From the NCBI GenBank assembly GCA_022710185.1, contig JAKLHK010000016.1:11900-75899 (forward strand): a DNA stretch of 64,000 bases, written 5' to 3'. The translations under genes were made by a program, and so were the position numbers. The notes under the pieces were generated by a model. The model searched no databases. It saw nothing but the letters and a program-made list of their open reading frames with translations, and had not been told where the DNA came from. The DNA is from Bacteroidota bacterium (GTDB lineage: Bacteria > Bacteroidota > Bacteroidia > Bacteroidales > JAGNHN01). Positions 18,638-27,593 of the stretch are shown in pieces; positions within the stretch are counted from its first letter, which is position 1, and every line of letters begins with the position of its first letter.

Positions 18638-21600
18638 TTACTTAAAGGCTTTCTCCAGCAATCCGTCGCCCTGCACGGTGAGCCGGTGGAAGTATTCGGG
18701 GACGGGGCGCCCCAGGGCGGCGTCGACGTAGAGCTGGGCCAGGTATTGCCCCAGCATGAAGCCCTGCCCGCGCAATCCGACGAACAATCCATGGGTGGGG
18801 TCCACATACATGCGCGGCTCGATGTAATAGCCTGCCCATACGGCCTGGAAGCCGACACTGGAGAGCTGGGGGACCCAGTCGACAAACACCTCCGAGACGA
18901 TCTCGATGAACTCCTTGCTGTTCACTTTCAGGTTGCGGGCTGTCTCCAGGGGCTCAATGGCCGGGGAGGCGCAACCGATGATCTGGCCGGTCTCGGCCAG
19001 CTGCTGCCCGTATACCGCGGTAAATCCCTTGTAGTTGCGGCGGTCGATGAGCATGGAAAGGGGCTCTCCGTCTTTCCCCAGCATAGGCAGCCGGCGGGTA
19101 ATGAAGGCCTGGTGCTTTACCGGGAACAGATGAGTGTGTATGCCCAGCTTGCGGGCAAACACATCGGCATCTGGGCCGAGGGCGTTGACGAAGTGGTGGC
19201 AGCGGTACTCGATGAACTTGCCGTCGTGGTCCTTCACCAGGGCATGCACTTCACTGCCCTGACGGTGCACATCCAGGAGCTGGCAGTCTTCCAGCACGCT
19301 TCCACCCTTCTCGGTGCCCATACGGCGGATCAGGTCGATTACCCGGCCCGGGGTGGCCTGCCAGCAATCGCGGGTCACCAGGGCGGCCAGGTAGGTCGAC
19401 AGCGATGGGTTCATAAAGGGCGAGATCTCCTTGCGGAAGTCCCTGGGCTCCACCATATAGGCGTCGGACCAGGCCCTGCTGGCCTCCAGGGCATGCAGGG
19501 TCGCCTCATCGTGGGCAAAATTTATATAGTTTATCGGGCGGTAGTCGATGTTCCGCATCACCTGCAGGTCGCGGAAGATCTGGTGGTTCCTGCGCGCGAT
19601 CTCTGCGATCTCGGGCAGGCTGAAGGCCGTGCGCCCCCCGGCAATGTTGCGCCAGCTGGCGCCCCGGCCGTAGTTGACCAGCACGGGGTTCTCGCCGGCC
19701 TCGGCGAAATAGCGGTACAATGCGCTGCCCCCTATGCCCCCTCCGGCAATGAACACTCCCACCTCACGGTGGTGGAGCTTCATGTGGTGGATGGCGGTGA
19801 TGTAACGGTCGCTGTGCTGGCGGGGGAACACTTCTGCCATGCCGATCTGGTTGCTGAGCGGCCCGCGGGGAGTAGCCTCGCCCACAATGCTGATGCCCAG
19901 GGGCCTTACCAGCTGCTTCAGTCGGGGGATACAACGCTTGCCGCGGCAGGCACCCATGCCCAGACGGGTGGTGTGCTTGATCTCGTCCACACTGATGTAC
20001 TTGCGGTCGCCCACCACATCCAGGATCTCCTTCAGCGTCACGTCATCGCAGTGGCAGATGTAGGCCTCCGACTCAATCTCTTCCTCCACAGGCCCGAACA
20101 CCAGGGGTTCCGGGTAGTCGTCCTTCACGATGAACCCCCTCACGTTTACCAGGGCTTCCCCGCTGATGTCGGTGGCCTGCACCCTGGCAATATTGGTCTT
20201 GTTGGGTTTACGCAGGATGCGGGCAATCACCCCTTCACCCAGCTTCCGGCCCTGGTTGTCGACCAGGAAGACCTCGGCCCCTTCCTCTGCTTCATATTCT
20301 ATGGGAAGAAAGACCCAGTCCTTCTTCAGGCTGTACCCGAAGATGGCCAGCCCGGGGCATTGGTACACGCACTCCATGCACCCGATGCACTTCTCAAAGT
20401 CGAGGGCAGGTACGGTACTCGTGGAGGTCTTGGTGATGGCGCCGTGCGGACAGGCGAACTCGCAGGGGTTGCAGGCGAAGCCGTAGAGGCAGTCGATGAG
20501 CACGAAGGGTTTCTCCATCATGCGCTCCCCGACGGGCAGCCAGGGTTCCTCGATCACGCGGGTAGGGTGCTGCTGGGAGTCGATATACTCCTTGGAGAGG
20601 TTCAGGAAGGCATCATAATCGTAAGAGCGGCCCATTTCCTGCATGATCTCGTAGGCGACCTGCTTGCCGCGCAGCACGGCGCTGGTGCCCTCCCCTATGC
20701 GTATGGCGTCACCTGCCCCGTAGCACCTCCTCCCGAACACCTCGTTCCCCTTGATGAGCAACTGGTCGTCGGAAACGAGGCCAGTACATATATTTATAGC
20801 ATCAATATCGCGGATCACCCGCTCGGTGCCGGGTACCGGCCGGAAGTTCTCGGCCCGGGCCACCACGGCCCCCACGATGCCGTCGTGGGCTTCATTCGGG
20901 ATGGCCTTGAGCAGGATATGCGAGGTAAGGATGGGAATGCCAAGGCGTCGTACCCTGTTGGCCTGTACCGGAAAGCCCCCTTCCCTGGCCTGGGCCTCGA
21001 TGATGGCCTTGACCCGGGCACCGGCCTGCATGAGCTGGTAGGACGTGAGGTAACCGATATTGCCGGCCCCCACGGTGAGCACGCTTCGCCCCAGAAGGGT
21101 GAACTCGGTGTTCATCATCTTCTGCACCACGGCAGCCGTATACACTCCGGGGAGGTCGTCGTTCTCGAAGGTAGGCATGAAGGGTACGGCACCGGTGGCC
21201 ACCACCAGGTGCTCGGCATCCACGAAGTAGATCTCACCGGTTCGTATATTCTTCACGGCCAGCCGCTTGCCATCCAGGATATCCCAAACGGTAGAGTTCA
21301 GGAAGATATCCTCATGGCTCTGCCCTGCCAGGGTACGTGCGATATCGAATCCACGCATGCCCCCGAACTTCTGTTCTTTTTCGAAAAAGAAGAACTGATG
21401 GGTCTGCATGAGGAACTGCCCCCCGATCTCGTCGTTGCTGTCGATGACGATATTGTCGATCCCATGGAGGTTGAGCATCTCGCGGGCGGCCAGACCTGCA
21501 GGACCGGCCCCCACGATGGCCACTGTGGTGCGGAACACCTTGTAGGGCTCCATTCGCTCCGGTTCCCTCACGGGGGGGGTGAAATCACGGGGGATCTCCC

Positions 21601-21871
21601 GTACTTCAGTCACCTGGTCGATCTTGGTGATGCAGATCCGCTTGATCTCCCCATCCACCAGCATCTCGCAGGCTCCACACTTGCCTATGCCGCATTCCAG
21701 GCTGCGTTCCCTGTCCTTCAGGCTGTGGCTGTGCACCGGGTATCCGGCCTGATGGAGGGCCGCGGCTATGCTGAACCCCTTTCTTCCCCTGACCTCCCGG
21801 CCTTCAAAATAGAACACGTGCTCCTCACACTGAGGGACTTCCAAGATCGGATGCCTGTCGATAGTATACAT
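18638..21871 (-). CDS. Fused multi-cofactor oxidoreductase: [2Fe-2S] + FAD/NAD(P) reductase + 2x[4Fe-4S]-like + BFD-like [2Fe-2S] + DAO-type FAD dehydrogenase
   Basis: ECGIGKCGACEM...RIC (aa ~59-80), VGAGPAG (~119), VGAGNIG (~267), CYGAGDA (~383), CNPCEFACP and CIGCMECVYQCP (~467-506), CHCDDV...GMGACRGKRC (~606-647), IAGGGIGGSA (~708). Confidence 0.8.
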   Translation of the reverse strand: MYTIDRHPILEVPQCEEHVFYFEGREVRGRKGFSIAAALHQAGYPVHSHSLKDRERSLECGIGKCGACEMLVDGEIKRICITKIDQVTEVREIPRDFTPPVREPERMEPYKVFRTTVAIVGAGPAGLAAREMLNLHGIDNIVIDSNDEIGGQFLMQTHQFFFFEKEQKFGGMRGFDIARTLAGQSHEDIFLNSTVWDILDGKRLAVKNIRTGEIYFVDAEHLVVATGAVPFMPTFENDDLPGVYTAAVVQKMMNTEFTLLGRSVLTVGAGNIGYLTSYQLMQAGARVKAIIEAQAREGGFPVQANRVRRLGIPILTSHILLKAIPNEAHDGIVGAVVARAENFRPVPGTERVIRDIDAINICTGLVSDDQLLIKGNEVFGRRCYGAGDAIRIGEGTSAVLRGKQVAYEIMQEMGRSYDYDAFLNLSKEYIDSQQHPTRVIEEPWLPVGERMMEKPFVLIDCLYGFACNPCEFACPHGAITKTSTSTVPALDFEKCIGCMECVYQCPGLAIFGYSLKKDWVFLPIEYEAEEGAEVFLVDNQGRKLGEGVIARILRKPNKTNIARVQATDISGEALVNVRGFIVKDDYPEPLVFGPVEEEIESEAYICHCDDVTLKEILDVVGDRKYISVDEIKHTTRLGMGACRGKRCIPRLKQLVRPLGISIVGEATPRGPLSNQIGMAEVFPRQHSDRYITAIHHMKLHHREVGVFIAGGGIGGSALYRYFAEAGENPVLVNYGRGASWRNIAGGRTAFSLPEIAEIARRNHQIFRDLQVMRNIDYRPINYINFAHDEATLHALEASRAWSDAYMVEPRDFRKEISPFMNPSLSTYLAALVTRDCWQATPGRVIDLIRRMGTEKGGSVLEDCQLLDVHRQGSEVHALVKDHDGKFIEYRCHHFVNALGPDADVFARKLGIHTHLFPVKHQAFITRRLPMLGKDGEPLSMLIDRRNYKGFTAVYGQQLAETGQIIGCASPAIEPLETARNLKVNSKEFIEIVSEVFVDWVPQLSSVGFQAVWAGYYIEPRMYVDPTHGLFVGLRGQGFMLGQYLAQLYVDAALGRPVPEYFHRLTVQGDGLLEKAFK

Positions 21872-21902
21872 AATGCCGGTTCTCCTGTGCTTTGGCAGCT
21901 TC

Positions 21903-21918
21903 TGTTATTACAATAACA
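21903..21918. promoter_or_regulatory. Operator-like perfect inverted repeat TGTTATT-AC-AATAACA
   Basis: Read directly. It lies between the putative -7 box (21927-21934) and the oxidoreductase start codon (21871). Confidence 0.3.
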
Positions 21919-21926
21919 ATGTGCGG

Positions 21927-21934
21927 CAAATTTA
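21927..21934 (-). promoter_or_regulatory. Possible -7 box for the 1077-aa oxidoreductase gene
   Basis: On the minus strand, TAAATTTG lies 55 nt upstream of the ATG. I found no clear -33 element. Confidence 0.3.
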
Positions 21935-22084
21935 TTGACAAAATCAGAGGGGAGGGGGAAAGGTGGAGGGAAATCGGGGGGAGAAGCGCTATTTATACTC
22001 AGTTTATTCTGTTCTGCGGAATAGGGACGACGTCCCTTCCCCCGGGGGAGCGGCCTGGCACTCATGACCTATGTTGCTGATGGA

Positions 22085-22115
22085 TTGAGAATGAGGCGGA
22101 TTTTTCATAACTTTG
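22085..22115 (+). promoter_or_regulatory. Bacteroidota-type promoter for the glycogen synthase-like gene
   Basis: TTG (22085-22087), N20, TAACTTTG (22108-22115). The ATG is at 22151. Confidence 0.5.
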
Positions 22116-22150
22116 CACCTCTTAAACCAATGGGGGCTTAAATCAGTCTT

Positions 22151-22966
22151 ATGAAAAAAGCCAATGTCCTCTTCGTTGCACAGGAGATTACGCCTTACCT
22201 GAAGGAAACACCCATGGGCAGGATAGGCCGGTATCTCCCCCAGGGCATACAGGAACGCGGCAAGGAGATCCGCACCTTCATGCCCAGGTATGGCAGCATC
22301 AACGAACGGCGCAACCAGCTCCATGAAGTCATCCGTCTTTCCGGGATGAACCTGATCATCGACGATGCCGACCACCCCCTCATCATCAAGGTGGCCTCCA
22401 TACAGTCGGCCCGCATGCAGATCTATTTCATCGACAACGAAGAATACTTCCAGCGCAAGGCGGTGATCCGCGACAAGAACGGAAAGTTTTTCCCGGACAA
22501 CGACGAACGCGCGGTGTTCTTCAGCCGTGGGGTGCTCGAAACCGTGAAGAAACTGGGCTGGCCCCCGGACATCGTCCACTGCCACGGCTGGATGTCGAGC
22601 CTGGTGCCACTGTACATCAAGCGGGCGTTCCGCGACAACCCTCTGTTCACCGATACCAAGGTGGTGTTCTCGGTATACGACGACCAGTTCAGCGAGAAAT
22701 TCAGCAAGAACCTGGTAAACAAGGTAGCCATGGAAGGGATTTCAGAGGATGACCTGAAATACTACACCCAGGGAGATTACGTTAGCATCACCCGGGCAGC
22801 CATCGACTACTCCGACGCGGTCATCATCGCCCGTCCCGGAGTGCATCCGGAAATTGCCGAATATGCCGCAGCTTGCGGCAAACCTTTGCTGGACCATCAG
22901 GATGAGGAAACCTATATCAACGCATACGACACCTTCTACGACGCCCTGCTGGGAACGGAAGCCTGA
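22151..22966 (+). CDS. Short (~270 aa) glycogen/starch synthase-like protein, Bacteroidota type
   Basis: VLFVAQEITPYLKETPMGRIGRYLPQ and IVHCHGWMSSLVPLY resemble the N-terminal catalytic domain of starch synthase. Confidence 0.8.
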   Translation: MKKANVLFVAQEITPYLKETPMGRIGRYLPQGIQERGKEIRTFMPRYGSINERRNQLHEVIRLSGMNLIIDDADHPLIIKVASIQSARMQIYFIDNEEYFQRKAVIRDKNGKFFPDNDERAVFFSRGVLETVKKLGWPPDIVHCHGWMSSLVPLYIKRAFRDNPLFTDTKVVFSVYDDQFSEKFSKNLVNKVAMEGISEDDLKYYTQGDYVSITRAAIDYSDAVIIARPGVHPEIAEYAAACGKPLLDHQDEETYINAYDTFYDALLGTEA

Positions 22967-23003
22967 AACAGGCCCTACCCTGCCCCTCAACCCCGTATCC
23001 AAT

Positions 23004-24341
23004 TTGAAACCATATCCCATCCTCCGGAGCCTGCTGCTCCGTACCACCATGGCCACACTTCTCGTGCTGGCCTTTTCCTGTAAGAAAGACCCTGTGGAAG
23101 TCGGCCTGGGCATACAGCCCGAGGAAGATATGATTGGTGTGTTCTACAGCGATACAACTACCATCCTTGCCTATTCCAAAGCCAACGATTCGGTCCGTAC
23201 CGACGAGACCATACTCAGCCTGGCCGGCAGCTATTTCGATCCCGTGTTCGGTACCTCCACCGCGGGGTTCTACACCCAGTTCCTGCTCTCCAGCAACGAA
23301 GCCGACTTTGGATTTTCCCCGGAACTCGACTCCCTGGTGATCAGCCTGGCCTACGCGGGTATGTATGGCAAGGAAGGGGAGCCTGTCACCCTGCGCATTT
23401 ATGAGGTGACCGAAAAGCTGGAATACGACAGTATATATTATAGCCATTCCACCCTGGACTATGACCCGGTGGAAGTGGCCCACTTCACTTTCGTTCCCAA
23501 CACCACTGACAGCGTGATGATCGACAGCGTGATGTACCCGCCGCATATCCGGCTGAACATCAGCGAGCAGAACCCTGCCCTGGCGGAAAAGATCCTCAAC
23601 GGTTCGGAACTGGAACTGGCCGACAACGAGAACTTCGTGGAATTCATCAAGGGGCTGTACATCACTGCCGAGCCGGCAATCAGCGGGGGAAGCATAGTAT
23701 ACTTCAACCTCAACTCCACGGTCAGCAGCCTCGACCTGCATTACAGCAACATCAACTACGATTCCCTAACCTACAGCTTCGAGCTCGGAGGGGAGTGTGC
23801 CCGTTTCAACCATTTCAACCATGGGGGCTACCTGAATGCCAACCCCCTGCTCCAGGACCAGCTCGGCGCCCCCACACCCGAAGCGGCCATGGTGTTTGGC
23901 GATCAGACCCTCTACCTGCAGTCGCTGCAGGGCATCAATATCAATTTCCGCCTGCCCCACCTTGAAGCTTGGAACCGCAACGGCAGGGTGGCCATCACCC
24001 GGGCCGAACTGGTGCTGCCCCTGCTGGAAACCTCTGAGCAATATCCCGAGCCTGCCAAATTGCTGCTGGGTACCTATGATGAGGATGGGGCACTCGTGCA
24101 GCTGGTAGACTACAACGAAGGCACCTCCTATTTCGGGGGAACTTACGACAGCACCCGGGCCGAGTACCGTTTCCGCATTACTCGCCACCTGCAGCAGGTG
24201 CTGAACGGCACCCAGGAGAACGAGGAGCTGGTGCTGCTGGTGAGCAGCCGTTCGGTGCAGGGCAACCGTGCAATCATCGCCGGACCCGGGCGCGTCAGCG
24301 ATGCCATGCGCCTCGAGATAATTTATGTCCCTGTTGATTAA
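23004..24341 (+). CDS. Lipoprotein, probably DUF4270 family
   Basis: Lipobox LLVLAFSCKKDP. Its position between the short glycogen synthase and glmS matches the arrangement I recall for DUF4270. The family call is from synteny and memory only. The start is either TTG 23004 or ATG 23049. ATG 22854 would overlap the upstream gene by 113 nt and was rejected. Confidence 0.55.
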   Translation: MKPYPILRSLLLRTTMATLLVLAFSCKKDPVEVGLGIQPEEDMIGVFYSDTTTILAYSKANDSVRTDETILSLAGSYFDPVFGTSTAGFYTQFLLSSNEADFGFSPELDSLVISLAYAGMYGKEGEPVTLRIYEVTEKLEYDSIYYSHSTLDYDPVEVAHFTFVPNTTDSVMIDSVMYPPHIRLNISEQNPALAEKILNGSELELADNENFVEFIKGLYITAEPAISGGSIVYFNLNSTVSSLDLHYSNINYDSLTYSFELGGECARFNHFNHGGYLNANPLLQDQLGAPTPEAAMVFGDQTLYLQSLQGININFRLPHLEAWNRNGRVAITRAELVLPLLETSEQYPEPAKLLLGTYDEDGALVQLVDYNEGTSYFGGTYDSTRAEYRFRITRHLQQVLNGTQENEELVLLVSSRSVQGNRAIIAGPGRVSDAMRLEIIYVPVD

Positions 24342-24353
24342 TACGTTCATACC

Positions 24354-26192
24354 ATGTGCGGGATCGTAGCATACATCGGGCCCAGACAAGCCTACCCTAT
24401 CCTTCTTAAAGGCCTTTATCGCCTGGAATACCGCGGTTACGACAGCGCCGGCATCGCCATTCTGCAAAAGGAGATTGTGATGTACAAGAGCAAGGGCAAG
24501 GTGTCGGAGCTGGAGTCCATCATGGAAGACAAGGCCCTGGGCGGAACGGTGGGCATCGGCCATACGCGCTGGGCCACCCATGGGGAGCCCAACGATGTGA
24601 ATGCCCATCCCCACTTCTCCCCTTCCGGCCGTCTGGCCATCATCCACAACGGCATCATCGAGAACTACGCCTACCTCAAGGAAGAGCTCATCAACCGGGG
24701 ATATGTCTTTCAGAGCAACACCGATACTGAGGTCCTGATCCACCTGATCGAGGATATCCTTCAGAATGAGAAGGTGGACCTGGTAGAGGCAGTGCAAATC
24801 GCCCTGGGGCAGGTGATCGGGGCCTATGCCATCGTCATCATCTCCCAGAACAACCCTGACATGCTCATTGCCGCCCGCAAGGGCAGCCCCCTGGTGGTGG
24901 GTCTGGGAAGGGACGAGTTCTTCATCGCCTCGGATGCCTCCCCCATCGTGGAATACACCAAAAAAGTGGTCTACCTCGACGATGAGGAGATCGCCATCGT
25001 GGAGCGGGGCAAGGACCTGCGCATCAAAACGGTGGCCGATCAGGAGAAGCGCCCCTATGTGCACAAGCTGGAAATGAGCCTGAGCGCCCTGGAGAAGGGA
25101 GGCTTCAACCATTTCATGCTGAAGGAGATCTACGAGCAGCCGCGTTCCATACGCGACAGCATGCGCGGGAGGCTCAACGCCCGCCAGGGCATCGTTTCCC
25201 TGGGCGGCATCATCGACTACAAGCAGAAGCTGGTGAGCGCCAGGCGCGTAATCATCATCGGCTGCGGGACCTCATGGCATGCCGGTCTGGTAGGCGAATA
25301 CCTCTTTGAAGAGCTGGCCAGGGTGCCGGTGGAGGTGGAATATGCCTCAGAGTTCCGCTACCGCAACCCCGTCATCTATGAGGAGGATGTGGTGATCGCC
25401 ATCAGCCAGTCGGGAGAAACGGCCGATACCCTGGCCGCCATTGACCTGGCCAAGTCGCGGGGCGCCACCATCCTGGGGATATGCAATGTGGTGGGTTCCA
25501 GCATTGCCCGGGCCACCCATGCCGGGAGCTATACCCACGCCGGGCCCGAGATCGGGGTGGCTTCCACCAAAGCCTTCACTGCCCAGGTGACGGTGCTTAC
25601 CATGATGGCCCTGATGATCGGCAAGGAAAAGGGGACCATCTCCGAATCCCGTTTTCAGGAGCTCATCCACTGCCTGGACCGCATCCCCGAAAAGGTGGAA
25701 GAGACCCTGAAGCTCAACGACCATATCATCGACCTGGCACGCATCCACAAGGACAGCCGCAACTTCCTCTACCTAGGCCGGGGGTACAACTACCCGGTGG
25801 CCATGGAAGGGGCGCTCAAGCTCAAGGAGATATCCTACATCCATGCCGAAGGCTATCCTGCCGCGGAGATGAAGCACGGGCCCATCGCCCTGATCGACGA
25901 GAACATGCCCGTGGTGGTGATTGCCACCAACAAAGGGACCTACGATAAGGTGCTCAGCAATATTCAGGAGGTGAAGGCCCGCAAGGGGCGCATCATCGCC
26001 ATCGTAACCCAGGGGGATACCACCGTGGCCAAGGTCGCCGACCATATCATCGAGATCCCGGAGACCGAGGAATTGCTGGTTCCCCTGCTGGCCACCATAC
26101 CCCTGCAGCTCCTATCCTATCATATCGCTGTCATGCGTGGCTGCAATGTGGACCAGCCGCGCAACCTGGCCAAGTCGGTGACGGTAGAGTAG
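24354..26192 (+). CDS. glmS: Glutamine--fructose-6-phosphate aminotransferase
   Basis: N-terminal nucleophile MCGIVAYIG, two SIS-type regions, and C-terminal LAKSVTVE. Confidence 0.95.
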   Translation: MCGIVAYIGPRQAYPILLKGLYRLEYRGYDSAGIAILQKEIVMYKSKGKVSELESIMEDKALGGTVGIGHTRWATHGEPNDVNAHPHFSPSGRLAIIHNGIIENYAYLKEELINRGYVFQSNTDTEVLIHLIEDILQNEKVDLVEAVQIALGQVIGAYAIVIISQNNPDMLIAARKGSPLVVGLGRDEFFIASDASPIVEYTKKVVYLDDEEIAIVERGKDLRIKTVADQEKRPYVHKLEMSLSALEKGGFNHFMLKEIYEQPRSIRDSMRGRLNARQGIVSLGGIIDYKQKLVSARRVIIIGCGTSWHAGLVGEYLFEELARVPVEVEYASEFRYRNPVIYEEDVVIAISQSGETADTLAAIDLAKSRGATILGICNVVGSSIARATHAGSYTHAGPEIGVASTKAFTAQVTVLTMMALMIGKEKGTISESRFQELIHCLDRIPEKVEETLKLNDHIIDLARIHKDSRNFLYLGRGYNYPVAMEGALKLKEISYIHAEGYPAAEMKHGPIALIDENMPVVVIATNKGTYDKVLSNIQEVKARKGRIIAIVTQGDTTVAKVADHIIEIPETEELLVPLLATIPLQLLSYHIAVMRGCNVDQPRNLAKSVTVE

Positions 26193-26293
26193 GGTATGCT
26201 CCATTCCGGGCCGAAGTTCAGGCCACGGCAACTTTGGGGGTGCTAAAGGGGTCTTCCTTGCGTATCTTTACCAGAGCAATCTCTTCGCAACCA

Positions 26294-27547
26294 ATGCGCT
26301 ACACCCTCATTGCCGTTGCTGCAGTTTTAGGACTCATGCAGCAGCTTCAGGCCCAGTTGCTCTACGACCACAGGCTGTTTACCCTGAGCCAGGAATATAC
26401 CCCTGACCTGAGCGGATACCTCCGCTGCATCGATTATACCAACAATGGCCAGGTTTATCCCGTGGATACCTTTCTGTACCTGGACTTCGACATCCTGGGC
26501 GATAAGTTGCTGGCCGTCGGGCAGGATGCCCGCGTTTACCAGGTGGCCCCCAACGGCCTTCCGGGCCTGCTCCTGCTCCATGCTTTCCCCGGCGCACAGG
26601 CGCGTAAAGGCTTTCTCTTTGGCAGCTGGATCATTTATCTGCGCGACAGCAGCCCGCATTTCCTGATGCATTCTTATTTCGGCCTGGTGGACACCCTGGG
26701 GCCCGCCCAGGTCCCCCCCGGCTTCGTGGATGCCATGCTGCACGGAAATGATCTGTATATCCTCTATCCTGATGAGCTGAGAATCGTACATCTGAGCCCA
26801 CTGCCTTTCGGGACCGTTACGGTGCTTCCAACGCCTGCGCCCTTCCCTTTCGGCGGCATGAACACCTGGATGCTTTCGCTGCGCGACGCCAACAACGAGG
26901 ACCATATCTACATCAGCATCGAATACGCCACCGCCCTGGAAAGGACCTCGCTGATCGAGCTGGATACTGCAACCCTGAGCTTCGACACGGTATACCATTT
27001 CGACATCTTCTCCAACTACTATCGTCCCCTGGCGGCCAATGGCATGCTGTATATGCACAACTTCGACACCCGCTACGATCCGGTGGCGGATACCGTTCTT
27101 TTTACCACCGCCCCCCCTTATCCCTTTTATCACGCTGTAGGGTACAGCCCGTTGTGGATGTATTTCCTGCTCCACCGCCCCGACCTGAACCGGGTGTACA
27201 TCCATGATCCCTGGGCCGGGAACATGGATTCCACCTCCCTGACTTATCCCGTGACTAAGTTCCGGTACTGGTACGATGTCATCGGTGCGGACGCGGAAGT
27301 CCCCGTTACCAGCGAATTGCTATACCTTCGTCAGGATGAGCGGGGGTGGACCGCTGAACTCAGGGATCCCCGGAACAGGATCCTGGCGGTGGGCCTGTAT
27401 GACCTCCAGGGCCGGCAGGTCCCGCCCGGGGCCGGGATGCAGGGCGAGCGGGGGTTGAGGGTAGACCGACCTGAACGGACCGGTATTTATCTGCTGGTGG
27501 TGTACACGGCTCAGGGGCGCTTTGTCCGCAAACTGGTCTGTCATTAG
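26294..27547 (+). CDS. Hypothetical secreted protein with T9SS C-terminal sorting domain
   Basis: Signal peptide MRYTLIAVAAVLGLMQQLQAQ at internal ATG 26294. The CTD-like tail is VGLYDLQGRQV...GIYLLVVYTAQGRFVRKLV. I recognised no other domain. Confidence 0.6.
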   Translation: MRYTLIAVAAVLGLMQQLQAQLLYDHRLFTLSQEYTPDLSGYLRCIDYTNNGQVYPVDTFLYLDFDILGDKLLAVGQDARVYQVAPNGLPGLLLLHAFPGAQARKGFLFGSWIIYLRDSSPHFLMHSYFGLVDTLGPAQVPPGFVDAMLHGNDLYILYPDELRIVHLSPLPFGTVTVLPTPAPFPFGGMNTWMLSLRDANNEDHIYISIEYATALERTSLIELDTATLSFDTVYHFDIFSNYYRPLAANGMLYMHNFDTRYDPVADTVLFTTAPPYPFYHAVGYSPLWMYFLLHRPDLNRVYIHDPWAGNMDSTSLTYPVTKFRYWYDVIGADAEVPVTSELLYLRQDERGWTAELRDPRNRILAVGLYDLQGRQVPPGAGMQGERGLRVDRPERTGIYLLVVYTAQGRFVRKLVCH

Positions 27548-27593
27548 TTGCCAGGTCCTCTGGGAGGACCTGCCTTTCCAACGTCAGTTGTCC

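Noticed and set aside
18686-21916. A 1076-aa ORF on the plus strand, exactly antisense to the 1077-aa oxidoreductase gene.
   Set aside because: It is codon-aligned with the minus-strand gene: both use triplets covering positions congruent to 2, 0 and 1 mod 3. It therefore stays open whenever the real gene avoids the codons TTA, CTA and TCA, which are rare in this GC-rich genome. Its product is low-complexity (G/H/L/V/A/D-rich) with no motifs, whereas the minus-strand product is full of cofactor-binding motifs. Complete avoidance over 1077 codons is mildly unusual but not evidence of a second gene.
21892-22080. Small ORFs in the 279-nt divergent spacer: 62 aa on the plus strand and 99 aa on the minus strand.
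   Set aside because: They overlap each other and the palindromes, show no motifs, and are more plausibly regulatory spacer sequence.
24342-24353. Looked for a glmS ribozyme upstream of glmS.
   Set aside because: Only 12 nt separate glmS from the upstream stop codon, leaving no room for the ribozyme. That element is in any case typical of Firmicutes rather than this lineage.
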